Source: a virus. From it: a stretch of 64,000 nucleotides of DNA. The stretch spans positions 18,576-82,575 of IMG/VR virus record IMGVR_UViG_3300028883_000005. One strand, 5' to 3'. The notes beneath the pieces are model-generated. The model saw only the letters and a list, made by a program, of their open reading frames with translations, did no database searches and was not told the DNA's origin. The translations under genes were made by a program, and so were the position numbers. Below, in pieces: positions 46,401 to 56,244 of this stretch. Each line of letters opens with the position of its first letter. Positions within the stretch are counted from its first letter, which is position 1.

Positions 46401-48360
46401 AGCTATAATCCCAAGTATTCCTCTCTGTAAAATGCTGAGCAATATTGGATTGAGTTTTATCCATTATCACGGAGTGCTTGCCATCTATATAACCTGGTGA
46501 AGCCCTCCCTGCAGAAGCTATCATTTTTAATAGCTCTTCTACACTGGATTTAAAATCTACATAAAGATTAAATTCCCAACCGTTAATTCTACATCTATCA
46601 TGCCATGCTTCTAAAGTATCTATATCTATTTCGTTGTCTGCTTTCGCTTTCTTATTAGCAGGCCCTTGTAAAACATGGCGATAAAGAGAAGCAGGGTTAT
46701 TCGTTGGTGCTAGAGCCCATGTTTCTTCTTCATAATCATAATCTAAACAGATGGTAGTGGCGATACAATTAAATTGGTCGATTACACCATTTAATTTCTC
46801 GGTGGCAGTTATTTTCAAATCTACATGAGCGATGTATGTTTCGAGTATACTTTCGCCAGCTTGGTATGATTTTAAAGTTGTCCAGGTTACTTCATCGAAC
46901 ACCCTATCGTTTGTTGTATCAGATGTAAGCCTTCTAATTCTAACATCATATTGTCCTTCTACTACAGGGAATGAAAACGTTCTAAACACAGCCTCGGAGG
47001 TATGACCTGTAACACTTAAATCCGAATCTATAGCTAAGGTTCCAGAGGCTACATATACTGTATATGTGGTAGGAGAAAAGGTTAATAAACCACCTGTAAC
47101 TTGAAATCCCATAGATTGCACAGCGGAGGATCTTATATCTTCATTATAATCTAGGGCACCTCCATTATTAAGATCCCAGCCAATTACTGCTAAACCGTAA
47201 GCCCAAGAAGGAACTATAGGTTCTTGATCAAAACCACTAGGAACAAAATTTATATCTCCAGATAGTTTGTTCATTACAACAGTGTAATAAACTTGCCAAT
47301 ACTGAGGAGCTCCTATTACATTACCACCAGACTGCCATTCTGGTGTTATTTCTACATTTCTAGATTCAAAGTAGGTTCCACCACCTGACACACCTACCCA
47401 ATCATCTTCCCCTGTGGGCGAGTATTGGAGTTCTAAATTAACTGTTCTAGTAGATTTAGACCCGTCATCTTCAATTTCACACAAACCACGCAAAAAGGTT
47501 AGATCCACACATATTGCCACAGTATTTAACTGAGTTGTATGCAATACCCAACCATCAGCATTAGAAATTAAATCTGATAAGCTATCTGGATAAACATCGC
47601 CAGGTATAATATCGGAATAAGTGGTTTCCTCGTTTCCATAATAAAAAGAATATAAAAGCTCTTCTTCGGAGGCAATATTAGTAAGCTCTGTCTCTCCTAT
47701 TTTGAAATCACTTAACTCACAAGGACCTTTTTGGATTAGAAAAGAACTGAACAAAACTTGTTTTGTTCCTTCAGATTCAGTATAAGGAAGAGCAGCATAA
47801 GGTGGAACAATTCTTACTGTACCTAGTACAGAAGGGATCACTCCATATAGATTTAAACTATTTCTAGCGGCAGATATTCCATAGGAGTTGGAAGATTTGT
47901 AAGTATTGGTGGGACTCATATCCGATGGTGGGGGAACCAACGAATTTAAAGCTAAAAGTCCTAAAGTAGATAAAGCTCCGAAAGCTAGAGCGAAAGCTAA
48001 AGAACCACCTATATAAGGTGTGAGAGGAGCTGCCACATATGGTGCGACAACATAAGCAATCACTAAAACAATCACTGTAAGCACCGTGATCATTGTAGAG
48101 TCACTATCGCCCCCTGAAGGAACAGCTCTCAACATCACTATATCTGTTCTATGAGGAAAGGTTGTAGCCCAATCCTCTTTTTTGATCACCTCGTTATTTA
48201 ATGTTACTATAATATCAACATAAGAGGGAAAGTTCGAAGCTCGCACTATATCTAAGATTGTGCAACCTTCTGAAACTCTAACCTCAGACTTTCGGAAAGA
48301 AAAAGGGTTGCTCCTGACTAGAGCTTTAACTTCTTTTTCGATATCTATAATATCCGACAA
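43414..48360 (-). CDS. Tail tip/central fibre protein (lambda gpI+gpJ-like) with FN3 domains
   Basis: Ubiquitin-like N-term ending VPSGG, YGVIPSVLG, GQYDVRIRRLT, NNPA, FN3 YEVQARS, chaperone-like coiled-coil C-terminus. Confidence 0.88.
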   Translation of the reverse strand: MSDIIDIEKEVKALVRSNPFSFRKSEVRVSEGCTILDIVRASNFPSYVDIIVTLNNEVIKKEDWATTFPHRTDIVMLRAVPSGGDSDSTMITVLTVIVLVIAYVVAPYVAAPLTPYIGGSLAFALAFGALSTLGLLALNSLVPPPSDMSPTNTYKSSNSYGISAARNSLNLYGVIPSVLGTVRIVPPYAALPYTESEGTKQVLFSSFLIQKGPCELSDFKIGETELTNIASEEELLYSFYYGNEETTYSDIIPGDVYPDSLSDLISNADGWVLHTTQLNTVAICVDLTFLRGLCEIEDDGSKSTRTVNLELQYSPTGEDDWVGVSGGGTYFESRNVEITPEWQSGGNVIGAPQYWQVYYTVVMNKLSGDINFVPSGFDQEPIVPSWAYGLAVIGWDLNNGGALDYNEDIRSSAVQSMGFQVTGGLLTFSPTTYTVYVASGTLAIDSDLSVTGHTSEAVFRTFSFPVVEGQYDVRIRRLTSDTTNDRVFDEVTWTTLKSYQAGESILETYIAHVDLKITATEKLNGVIDQFNCIATTICLDYDYEEETWALAPTNNPASLYRHVLQGPANKKAKADNEIDIDTLEAWHDRCRINGWEFNLYVDFKSSVEELLKMIASAGRASPGYIDGKHSVIMDKTQSNIAQHFTERNTWDYSYNKIFVNKAHAYRVRLQNEEKGYIEDEVIVYDDGYTSANATLFEELELPGITNVELAWAQARYFLAVVRLRPETHTFFCDAEQLDCTRGDRIKFNHKIISVGLGSGRVKSYTDDGTYVTSITVDEVWTMASGTSYGLRVRQMDGTSVSIELTTIEGSSSTVFVSSSLTIANAPDIGALCLFGEADEEAIDLIVNGIEPGHQLTAKLICLDYAPEVHDADQGETPEFDSHVTVPYDPTRVRPSAPAISSAESGIRVVEFSGNTVSYGIVVTLIPPSPPGVQIKRYHVRFREENTYTEWKIVYASSEDPIASINEVQVGSTYEVQARSESVYGMLSDWTSSETVTIEGDGIEAVTDIECTDTGNQTWASRDLDISWTEPEIITLSHVRLEFLNSGETAVLRSIEVPKKVDSFVNNYVYTYEQNVSDNSGAPSNSVKVRIAAVEMGSLDESVSSVVTFTNAAPATPDGLSSTPYMNGLAYQWNLGSERDLDHYEYRFQVESEGWGSWIENDKYDRRAFVFLTDSQAESYPSGADLYFEVKAVDTFGNESSAADDNDTTGSIYLPSTAISDIAQLSGAFTEIPVLVDDAWADDDPSAGYISWTEHKLYYNGTEYTIAAGNTNLAYVWWNNGDSSYSAAATEPSLDEGDFIIATNNSGTHTMAWTATANQVIGSAYIKNLSVLDQHVKYLSADKLISGVLESTNGNLSFDLDNAVLTVNQPEGLVIADGADITLEGNDSDPGKILFNGTSYSTIMGADTDGNRFILEPEADNVTQLMMGNGFYLGNRFSTAFMAARSNITLDLLDEDYGTQSASLEILQNDSYSRFRIDLRNHVAGDGGLQIDFYKLADGSEEIWPSSHKVLDVFTAAKAADDIYADDFQNVADIPYLDERRKTNGLIEHIDDLSVISSIRPSSEYDERTGFRIIDDNSLPDWFTTKNKKTKETLLDPDGKPYFALKSAIGLSFGAHRATDVFCQDLASAIEFLNIKIISLEEEIRNARK

Positions 48361-48727
48361 TCCTATTTCTCCATTTAATATCGTTTACTCTTCCTATAAC
48401 AGAACTTACACCTTTCCTACAATGAAAGAACTTTTTGTTTCCTAAAAACAAACCACAATGCATTTCATGATTATCTATTCTCAATAAAACCACATCAAAA
48501 GGTTTAGGTTTTTCTATTTTATCCCAAAGAGGTTTGTTAGACTTTATTAAAGATTCTATTTCTTCAAGATCGGAGGTGTTTTGATAGTCTTCTATATACA
48601 AAGGTAGCTCTGTATTTAATAAATCTTTATAAATGAAATAAACGAGACCCCAACAATCCCATCCTTCTAGAGACCTCCCTTTAGCTTTAAAAGGAACTTC
48701 AGAGTATTTAGATACATCTATTTCCAT
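48326..48727 (-). CDS. NlpC/P60 tail-associated peptidase
   Basis: GRS..GWDCWGLV, HCGL, FFH. Confidence 0.9.
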   Translation of the reverse strand: MEIDVSKYSEVPFKAKGRSLEGWDCWGLVYFIYKDLLNTELPLYIEDYQNTSDLEEIESLIKSNKPLWDKIEKPKPFDVVLLRIDNHEMHCGLFLGNKKFFHCRKGVSSVIGRVNDIKWRNRIVGYYRYRKRS

Positions 48728-49233
48728 TAGAAACATCCTGGAAAGTTGCTAGGCAGAATTATTCCACCAGGGTAAGGCTCGCTTAAAAAATTACCTAAAC
48801 TCAAAGTACCAGTAATAGTAAAAGCATCAGCCGAAATATCTACAAATTCAAATCCAGAAAATAAAGCCTCCACAGTGTTTGGTGAAGAAGCTAGAACAAC
48901 CTGCATCGTTACTGTTGGTGATTCTTCCATACCCCTTATTTCTGCGAGCAGATCAGCAAGAACATTGCACACTGTAATGGAAGCTCTAGATACTGTTCCT
49001 TCTTTATCTTCAGGTAGTTGAACTTCCATAGGAAAATAAAGATAGTTCTCTCCATTACTTATTGTGCCTCTAACTGTCTCTCCTAAAAACTCGAAAGAAT
49101 CTGCATTATCAGTAGAGAACCTTATAGGATCCTCTAGATTTTCATGCTCTAAAGTAAGAAGCAATACTAGAACTTGACCAGTCTCCTGGCTATTTGTAGC
49201 TATTCTAAATGTTTCAGATGTCGATCTACTCAT
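48727..49233 (-). CDS. Minor tail protein (DUF1833/gpL-like)
   Basis: LLTLEH, P...LP, VLASSP..VE, EPYP...P..FPG.F; synteny. Confidence 0.8.
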   Translation of the reverse strand: MSRSTSETFRIATNSQETGQVLVLLLTLEHENLEDPIRFSTDNADSFEFLGETVRGTISNGENYLYFPMEVQLPEDKEGTVSRASITVCNVLADLLAEIRGMEESPTVTMQVVLASSPNTVEALFSGFEFVDISADAFTITGTLSLGNFLSEPYPGGIILPSNFPGCF

Positions 49234-49592
49234 GGTTTCACATACACCTTAAAAGAACATTCCCAGTAACTTGTATACTCTCCTCCTATAAATTTATAAG
49301 AGGGCTCCGTCATAAAAACAAAATCTTTGGTAGACTTTGTATCTGGATGAGTCCACTCGTAAGGAAGACTTCCCCAACTCAAAGTAGTTCTATACAAAGT
49401 CCTAAATGTAGCTTTTTGAGTTCCTGTAAATATAAAAACTAAATCTAATTCCTCTCCTTTAGCACTAGAAAGAGGCCTACTCTTAGGAGGACCAACCTGC
49501 ATATTTTGCCTAATCGTGTTAGAAGGCTCCGTCTCTCCATATTTGAAAGCTACCGGCTTTTGAGGCAAAGTTGAAGGCCATGGAGTACTCAT
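49230..49592 (-). CDS. Distal tail protein (gpM-like)
   Basis: WPSTLPQ, R..M..GP.K.R, WTHP; follows tape measure. Confidence 0.78.
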   Translation of the reverse strand: MSTPWPSTLPQKPVAFKYGETEPSNTIRQNMQVGPPKSRPLSSAKGEELDLVFIFTGTQKATFRTLYRTTLSWGSLPYEWTHPDTKSTKDFVFMTEPSYKFIGGEYTSYWECSFKVYVKP

Positions 49593-52500
49593 CGTCTCGT
49601 AGTCACCCTTTTAAGTCCATAAAGTTTAGAGAACAATTTATCTAAAGTACCGCCTCCTGCAAAATCTTGAGCGGCTACATCTATTATTATCTTTTTAACA
49701 TCTGCTCCAGAATTATCTTCCCTTGCTGTAGTTCCTGGAGGAGCCTCGTTAATGATTACTTGAACCTCCTTATTCTTCCCTACTTCACTCTTAGGTGTAA
49801 CCTCTTCACCTTTTTGCAATATAGCAGGGTATTCATCCTTCCTTAGCCCTCCATGAAGTCTTGGAGCATAGTTAAAAAGGGAAGGATCTACTTGTTTTCT
49901 AGCGAATAATTTGCTACCAACTACACCACCAGAGTGAGGCTTATTAACTGAAATCCAGGAAGTGTCATATGTAGAACCTCCTCCGCCTCCTCCTAATCCA
50001 AAAGACTTATTTAAAGCATTTAAAAGAGTTTGCTTAATTATCATTTTAGCTAGCCAATCTATTACAGACTTGGCGAAATCCCTGAAAGCTTGCTCGGCAG
50101 TCTTGGTACCGTCTGCAAACTCTAAAATACTAGAGGTTAGATCATCTGCTATTTTGTCGGCTATGGTTTCTCCAATATTATACAGCATCTCGCTCCAGCT
50201 GAGAACTCTACGACTAGCATCTTCAAAGCCATTAACCAGAGCATCCCAAATATTTTCCTGAATTTTCCTCTTCTGTTCTGCCCTCCTAGTATCTGAGATC
50301 AGATTTAATTCCGCGAGTCTATCCAACTCTTCATAGTACTCTTTAACAGTAATTATACCTGCTCTATACTCCTCTTCCAAATTACGGAGCTTTTCTTTAC
50401 GGGACCCCACGTCCTTATCAGCAAATTCTTGTCGTATTCTTTCTATTTCTTTCTGTAGTGCTGCTTCTATGTCAAGCAAAAGCGAAGCCTTCAATTCTGC
50501 TTGGGAGATTTCGTCCTCCACTTGTCTTTTGAGGGCTTCAGCTTTCTTTTTTGCTTCAGCAATAGCAGCTTCGACGGATTCACTTTCAGATTTTAATCTA
50601 AACTTAGATATATCATCTATCAGATCTTCTTCTTTTCTCTTGTACTTCTCCTTAATTTTAAAGATTTCTTTATTTAGAGTTTCCTCCACTGTTATTAATA
50701 AACTCTTTCTCTTATTTGCATCATTAACACTTTCTTTTATTCTTTGAGAGCGGTCTGCTGCTCTAGCTCTTGCGGAGGCTATCTCGGAAGCCTCTAATTC
50801 ATTATTAGCTTGTAAATATGCTTCCTTTATCTCTGCCGCCGTTTTTCTGGCTTTTCTAGCTTTGGCGGTTTCTTTCTCGATAAATGTTCTATATGTCTCT
50901 TCATTGAGTTCTCTAATTCTTGCTTGTAATTGCTCTTCTGTCCACCCTTGCTTATCTGCTAACTGCTCTAGTTTAGTAACCTTCTCCTGCATATCATATA
51001 CAGTTTCTAAAAGATCGGCCCTACGAAGAGCATCTAACTTACGGTACAGAGCTAACCATTTGTCTCCATAAATACTTACCAAGTCCTCTTGTGAGGCGGC
51101 TAGGTTTTTATCGTCTTGCATCGACTTCAGCTTAAGAAGACGAATCCTATCATAATATCCTTGAATATATGTAGCTAATTTATCTGCCTCTTTTTGGCTG
51201 AGACCGAAAACCTCAATTACTTTATCTTTTATCTGCTCAAAAGAGGATGTAGTAGTTAATCCTAAATCTAAAAGAACGTCACCTATCCTGCTAAAAGCAG
51301 CTCTTTGATCAGACACTAAATCGTTGAGTTCTTTTTTGAGCTTATTAATTCTATCTGTGTATCTCTCTACGAAAGGTCTATCTTTCTCCCCTCTTTGTAA
51401 AAGATCCTCATAAGCTTTGATTTTCTTTTCGATGTCTGCTATTCTATCTACATAAGCAGAGAACATATCCGCAAGGTTCTCTAATCTGAGAACCCTAAAT
51501 TTGTTTATTAGCTTTTCTAGAGACTCCCCTTGATCTAAAAATTTACCATTCACAAGATCTATTTGGGTAGCTAACTCTGGAAATTCTTGAATCAGTCTCT
51601 CTAGAGTGGCCCTATATTCCATGCTACCTTCATTAGATCTAGAAAGTCTGATTTGAAAATCATTTAACTTGCTGATATTTTGATCTAAATGAACACCTTG
51701 TTTTTGAAGGGTAGGTATAATCTCCCTCTGCCTCTTGTTCCAGGAGTAAGTGGCAACGGCTACGGCTGAAATTGCCGTTGCTGCTAAAAACCAAGGATTT
51801 GTTTTTAGTAAGAGAAACAAAGACTTAGCAGCTCTGGTTACTCCCTGGAAGGCTACAGCTAGAAGTCCATGGGCAGCGGCATATCTTTGGATGGTAGCTA
51901 CACTCATGCCTGCTGCTAAGGCAGTGAGTTGAATTATAAGATATCTAATGCCTATTCTTAAGGTCGCAATAACCAAAGTCAAAGTAGTGAAAGCAACAAC
52001 TGCCTGACCAAATATAGTATTAGCCAGATCTGTTATAACACTAACAGAGGTTCTTAGAATTGGAAGTATAATCCTGAGAGCGTCTGCTATTCCTCCTTCA
52101 CCTATAGCGATGGCTAAATTAACAAACCTGTCTTTTAGGTTTTTAGCCATTGTAGCAAGGCCTTCCATTTGTTTCTCTGCCATTTCAGAGGCTCTCCCTA
52201 CTGCGTAAACCTCTGATAGCATGGCTTCAAAACCTTCCCTTCCGGCTTGACCTAAAGCCGCTGCTACTGAAGCACCTCTCAAACCAAAAAGCTCAAATGC
52301 TCTCCTAGCCCTCTCTGCAGGATCTACTGTTTTTCCTAGGAGCTTTTGTAGTTCCCCTATAACACTTGTCATAGAAGACACAGCAGGGTTGAGCTTGTCT
52401 AAATCGGCACCTGCGGAGGCAAAAAGAACTCTAAGTTTTTTAGTAGGACTTACTAAAAGCTGCAGAACCCTTCTAAAGCCTGTGCCTATTGTACTGCCTC

Positions 52501-53281
52501 GGAGTCCTGCATTCGCAAGAACCATTGCACCTGCGGCAGTGTTTTCTAAGTCAAGCCCCACTTGTGAAGCGATTGGTCCTAAGTAGTTAAAAGCTGTTCT
52601 GAGTTTATCTACATTAAGTTTAGACCTGTTGATAGCACTAGCAAATATATCGGAGTAACGACCTGCTTGCTGGGCACTCTCTCCGAAAGACCTTAATGCT
52701 GTGGTTATGAGATCAGACACATCCGCCATATTAGAGAGAGTACCAGTAGATAAGTTAGCCACAGCATTTAAAACATCTAAACTCTCGGAAGCAGAGAAGC
52801 CAGCTTGGCCTAAAGTTACAGCCGCCTCTGAAATCTCTCCCGCAGAGTACCTAGTTCTTTCTGCTACATCTAATATCACATCACGCAAAGCCATTATTTC
52901 AGGGCTTGTTGCTCCTGTGATGGCTTGAAGGTTTTTCAAGGATTGGTCAAAATTTGCAATCTCCACCACACCTTGCTTGAGGCTGTTTATTACTCCAAAC
53001 AAAAAAGTTCCTGCTAAACCATAGGAAGCAGTTACTTTCAAGGCGGCAGTGAGTCTTTGGAACCCACCTGATACCTTGCTTATCTTCTTACCTACATTGC
53101 TAAATTCGTCTCCCATAGCTCGGGCTTTTTTAGTAGCCCCGCCCATGGAGGAGGTGCTAGAGGACATTTGACGGGAAAGCCCCATCAAAATGTCCCTTAG
53201 TTTATCTGTCTCCCTTCGGAAAGAAGCATCTACTTTTCCTAAAAAGAGAACTCCTAAAGTGAGATCTGCACCATCTGTCAT
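49589..53281 (-). CDS. Tape measure protein (1230 aa)
   Basis: TP901-type core (YSA.E...A...LGQAG, LANAGLRGS..GT), long helical body, C-term HSGGVVG...PRLH.G...DE.PAILQKGE. Confidence 0.93.
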   Translation of the reverse strand: MTDGADLTLGVLFLGKVDASFRRETDKLRDILMGLSRQMSSSTSSMGGATKKARAMGDEFSNVGKKISKVSGGFQRLTAALKVTASYGLAGTFLFGVINSLKQGVVEIANFDQSLKNLQAITGATSPEIMALRDVILDVAERTRYSAGEISEAAVTLGQAGFSASESLDVLNAVANLSTGTLSNMADVSDLITTALRSFGESAQQAGRYSDIFASAINRSKLNVDKLRTAFNYLGPIASQVGLDLENTAAGAMVLANAGLRGSTIGTGFRRVLQLLVSPTKKLRVLFASAGADLDKLNPAVSSMTSVIGELQKLLGKTVDPAERARRAFELFGLRGASVAAALGQAGREGFEAMLSEVYAVGRASEMAEKQMEGLATMAKNLKDRFVNLAIAIGEGGIADALRIILPILRTSVSVITDLANTIFGQAVVAFTTLTLVIATLRIGIRYLIIQLTALAAGMSVATIQRYAAAHGLLAVAFQGVTRAAKSLFLLLKTNPWFLAATAISAVAVATYSWNKRQREIIPTLQKQGVHLDQNISKLNDFQIRLSRSNEGSMEYRATLERLIQEFPELATQIDLVNGKFLDQGESLEKLINKFRVLRLENLADMFSAYVDRIADIEKKIKAYEDLLQRGEKDRPFVERYTDRINKLKKELNDLVSDQRAAFSRIGDVLLDLGLTTTSSFEQIKDKVIEVFGLSQKEADKLATYIQGYYDRIRLLKLKSMQDDKNLAASQEDLVSIYGDKWLALYRKLDALRRADLLETVYDMQEKVTKLEQLADKQGWTEEQLQARIRELNEETYRTFIEKETAKARKARKTAAEIKEAYLQANNELEASEIASARARAADRSQRIKESVNDANKRKSLLITVEETLNKEIFKIKEKYKRKEEDLIDDISKFRLKSESESVEAAIAEAKKKAEALKRQVEDEISQAELKASLLLDIEAALQKEIERIRQEFADKDVGSRKEKLRNLEEEYRAGIITVKEYYEELDRLAELNLISDTRRAEQKRKIQENIWDALVNGFEDASRRVLSWSEMLYNIGETIADKIADDLTSSILEFADGTKTAEQAFRDFAKSVIDWLAKMIIKQTLLNALNKSFGLGGGGGGSTYDTSWISVNKPHSGGVVGSKLFARKQVDPSLFNYAPRLHGGLRKDEYPAILQKGEEVTPKSEVGKNKEVQVIINEAPPGTTAREDNSGADVKKIIIDVAAQDFAGGGTLDKLFSKLYGLKRVTTRR

Positions 53282-53703
53282 TTTTTAATTGACCCCATTC
53301 GGAATTTGCTGGACATTTCTGATAGTCCTTTCAATTTTTCTTTCATCTTCTCAGTAACTTTAGCCTTTTCTTCATCTGATAAATGATTGTATTCCTCTGG
53401 GTCTTTGAAAACAAACGTCTCTTCGGGTTTAGATTTAGCCTTTTCATCATCCAAATTTACACCTCTAAAAAGAAGCGCATCTGCTTTGAACTTTTCCTCT
53501 TCCACCTCGCTCATGTTTTGCATGAGTGAAACGAGCTGAGAGTGAGTTACCCCTCCTTCCCTAAAACTACGATTATAAAAATGCTCTAATCTGTAGCCTG
53601 GGTAGAAGTGGCAGACTCTTGAGATGGCCCCTTCAAGGCTGATATTTCGTCCTCGCTCGGGAGGAGGGTCAGCATTCTCTTCAAGGGGCCCTTCAGGTTT
53701 TTT
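53278..53703 (-). CDS. Tail assembly chaperone GT extension (-1 frame)
   Basis: -1 frame open from the slippery site through the 53523 ATG to the stop at 53278. Confidence 0.8.
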   Translation of the reverse strand, partial: KKPEGPLEENADPPPERGRNISLEGAISRVCHFYPGYRLEHFYNRSFREGGVTHSQLVSLMQNMSEVEEEKFKADALLFRGVNLDDEKAKSKPEETFVFKDPEEYNHLSDEEKAKVTEKMKEKLKGLSEMSSKFRMGSIKK

Positions 53704-54074
53704 AAGAGCTCATCATAATTCATTTCTTTGATTAGAGAAATAAAATCTGAAAACTGATTGTTACTGACATCATCTAGAAGATTGTCTACATTGGAGTAAC
53801 CATTGAAAGACAAATCTTCAGGATCCGTAACGAACGCTATGACCTGCTTCACGTTCTTAATCACAGTATCCAGAACAAAGCTCACAACCTCTTTGTTGAT
53901 ATTTGTTATTTGCTGCCCAAAAAACTTGGCCAAGGCCTCCTCAATCATATCGGAGGCCTTTATTTGCTGGCCAATACTGAGGGGGTATACTTTGAGGGAT
54001 TTAACCTCTCGTATCCCCACCTCCCATTCCTCAATCTGAGGATTCTGATTGGATCCCGGCTTTTTAGTAGTCAT
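53586..54074 (-). CDS. Tail assembly chaperone G
   Basis: Between tail tube and tape measure; contains slippery site. Confidence 0.8.
   Translation of the reverse strand: MTTKKPGSNQNPQIEEWEVGIREVKSLKVYPLSIGQQIKASDMIEEALAKFFGQQITNINKEVVSFVLDTVIKNVKQVIAFVTDPEDLSFNGYSNVDNLLDDVSNNQFSDFISLIKEMNYDELLKNLKGPLKRMLTLLPSEDEISALKGPSQESATSTQATD
53697..53703 (-). other. -1 ribosomal frameshift heptamer A AAA AAC
   Basis: TTA AAA AAC in the chaperone frame; X XXY YYZ pattern in expected position before tape measure. Confidence 0.82.
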
Positions 54075-54106
54075 TTACATTCTCCCAATAAATAGGTTTA
54101 CCACTA

Positions 54107-54751
54107 TTATGGAGCTGTGGTAGTGGTTGTTGTGCTGGTCGTAGTTGTAGAGGTCAGAGTGGAACCGTCGTCCCAAATAAAGCAACCGAGGGGCATACCA
54201 TCCCAAATCACATGACCTCCGGATACCTCGCTGTCTGCCCTCTTGGCTTCAATGCTGATAGGCACGGCTGCCGGCTCCTCCGCCTGGAAGTCCAGCTCCT
54301 GCTGGGCAACAATCTGACATCTCGGGAAAATGATGTACAGTTTGTTGGTTCCATCAGGAAAGGTGTATACAGCCTCCATCCTTAGATAAACCGGTGCCGC
54401 CATTGTACCGATAGCCAGACGAGCATAGTGGTTTTCAGAGTAACTCGTAGGATCTAGACCACGAGCAATCGCCATGTTGTAGGGTGTGATTTCCTTGAAA
54501 GCACATTCCAACATAGCAGTTTCACGAAGCGGGAACACCGCATCTTCCATCATCGGAAACCCAGACTCTAGCTTGTAAAAGTCAACAGAGCCTGTGTATT
54601 TGGTATTGGCCAGGGCACCGAGGTTGTTGGTGGTCGGTAAAATGGGGTTTATCTGACCAATGTAGGTTGAAGCGAGACCCACCCTGATCTGTGCGAGACC
54701 CAATGCAACAGCCGTGGTATCTCTGGTTACTGGACCTGTCCTTTGTGTCAT
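54107..54751 (-). CDS. Major tail tube protein with C-terminal STLTSTTTTSTTTTTTAP tail
   Basis: Strong RBS, GC3-rich codons, synteny, IIFPRCQ...LDF..EE tube-like motifs. Confidence 0.82.
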   Translation of the reverse strand: MTQRTGPVTRDTTAVALGLAQIRVGLASTYIGQINPILPTTNNLGALANTKYTGSVDFYKLESGFPMMEDAVFPLRETAMLECAFKEITPYNMAIARGLDPTSYSENHYARLAIGTMAAPVYLRMEAVYTFPDGTNKLYIIFPRCQIVAQQELDFQAEEPAAVPISIEAKRADSEVSGGHVIWDGMPLGCFIWDDGSTLTSTTTTSTTTTTTAP

Positions 54752-54762
54752 AAGATCACCTC

Positions 54763-55038
54763 CTATTCAGATTTGTGTGTTTTGCCGGAATTCTGTTCGA
54801 CTTGGTCGATTGACTGGGGCAACAAAGTAAACACATTCCAATGATCAGGGTGTTCTTTTCTACAGGAGTCCCTGATACATCTCATTCTAGCATTACCTAT
54901 AATTTCGATTTCTACTGGTGGCTCCTTTCTGGCGTAGGACTTGCCAAACTTAAATATTAAAGTTCCATTGCTCTTTCGCTCTATGAGCTTTTTTCCGCAT
55001 TTAGAACATCGAAGCATCATTTTTTTGGGCCTACTCAT
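54763..55038 (-). CDS. Com-like zinc-ribbon protein
   Basis: RCSKCGKKL...MRC...C..N pattern. Confidence 0.6.
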   Translation of the reverse strand: MSRPKKMMLRCSKCGKKLIERKSNGTLIFKFGKSYARKEPPVEIEIIGNARMRCIRDSCRKEHPDHWNVFTLLPQSIDQVEQNSGKTHKSE

Positions 55039-55508
55039 ATTTTACTCACAAACCGTAGTCTCACCAAGACCACTTTAAATTTAGTTCCTTCTGGAGCAAC
55101 AGACTCCCCTAATTCATCTATGCTAAACACTATGAGAGACCCAATCTTCACCCAAGCAGAGGTTGGGCTGCTCTGATAGAAAGGTATTCTTTTGGTTCCG
55201 TCTCCATTACTGGAAGTGTCAGTAAGATAACCTAAGAGCTTATCTCCTAACTGAGCGAGTTTAAAACCTTCATTATCTTCCTTAGTGCAACAAATTATCC
55301 TTATTAGGGCTTCAGAGGGCACTCCTCTAGTGATTGGTCCAAATTCTACCCTATACCATTTATCTAAGGTTCTACCTGATATGTTAGGAGTAGTAAGACG
55401 AGAATCAAAAAGAATAGGAACCCCTTCAGCAGTCTCTAAGTTGTCCACAAGGAACTTCTTAACACTGTCCCTAAAATTAGATTCTCTCGCCGTTGCATCT
55501 AAAGCCAT
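55035..55508 (-). CDS. Tail terminator/completion protein (putative)
   Basis: Size and synteny. Confidence 0.55.
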   Translation of the reverse strand: MALDATARESNFRDSVKKFLVDNLETAEGVPILFDSRLTTPNISGRTLDKWYRVEFGPITRGVPSEALIRIICCTKEDNEGFKLAQLGDKLLGYLTDTSSNGDGTKRIPFYQSSPTSAWVKIGSLIVFSIDELGESVAPEGTKFKVVLVRLRFVSKI

Positions 55509-55714
55509 TAGGAAATAGACCTCATTTCTTCGCTGAGTCTCTGTAGATTAGGAAAAAATTTGGTGGTTACATACTCTCCAGCTTTTTTAAGTCTATCAGA
55601 ACCTAAAAAATCTAAAGAGCAGCTATCCAAAAAATCTAGAAGCATCTCTACTTCCTCTTGAGACATCTCGATTTCTGTATGTAATTGCCTAGGGTAGATC
55701 CTCTTTACTCTCAT
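55508..55714 (-). CDS. Hypothetical protein
   Basis: Overlapping start/stop on both sides. Confidence 0.6.
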   Translation of the reverse strand: MRVKRIYPRQLHTEIEMSQEEVEMLLDFLDSCSLDFLGSDRLKKAGEYVTTKFFPNLQRLSEEMRSIS

Positions 55715-56244
55715 CTCCAGTTCCTCTTTATTATTGTCCTAGATTCTTTCAGCCTCTTTAAGGCTCCGGATTTTTTATATTCTTCCAAAGTAGGACCAAA
55801 AACAGGTCTAGCGGGGTGAACTTGTCCTTCGAATGACCCTCCGTATTCCATTATCCTGCCGTATGCTCCTATGTAAGTGGGCTTGCCTAAACCTGAATAG
55901 TTCTTACCTCCACTATCCAAAATTCCTGCAGGAATGCCTGATACCCACCCAAATTTTCCTTTTTTCCACATAGAAAGTGCCTGAAGTAAATCACCACTTA
56001 AAATCCAAAACCTAGATTCAGGACCTCTCTTAGATTTCCATTTTCCGTACTTTTCACTATATGGTTCATAACCAGCAGAGTATCTCTGGTTAACTATATT
56101 CAAGTAAACGAGCTTTAAATAATCTACACCTAACTGATACCCTATATTTTTAGCTCTGACATAGACGGCAGATCTAACTTTAGCTATTGCGGACAATACC
56201 TTTTTTAGATCTTTAGCAACAAAAATGATTTTTATAGTAACCAT
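55711..56244 (-). CDS. Neck/tail-completion protein (HK97 gp10-like)
   Basis: Basic; SGDL..., YG.IMEYG...PARPVF.P. Confidence 0.7.
   Translation of the reverse strand: MVTIKIIFVAKDLKKVLSAIAKVRSAVYVRAKNIGYQLGVDYLKLVYLNIVNQRYSAGYEPYSEKYGKWKSKRGPESRFWILSGDLLQALSMWKKGKFGWVSGIPAGILDSGGKNYSGLGKPTYIGAYGRIMEYGGSFEGQVHPARPVFGPTLEEYKKSGALKRLKESRTIIKRNWR

Noticed and set aside
38073-48360. Diversity-generating retroelement or invertible fibre cassette
   Set aside because: No reverse transcriptase, invertase or template/variable repeat pair seen in the window
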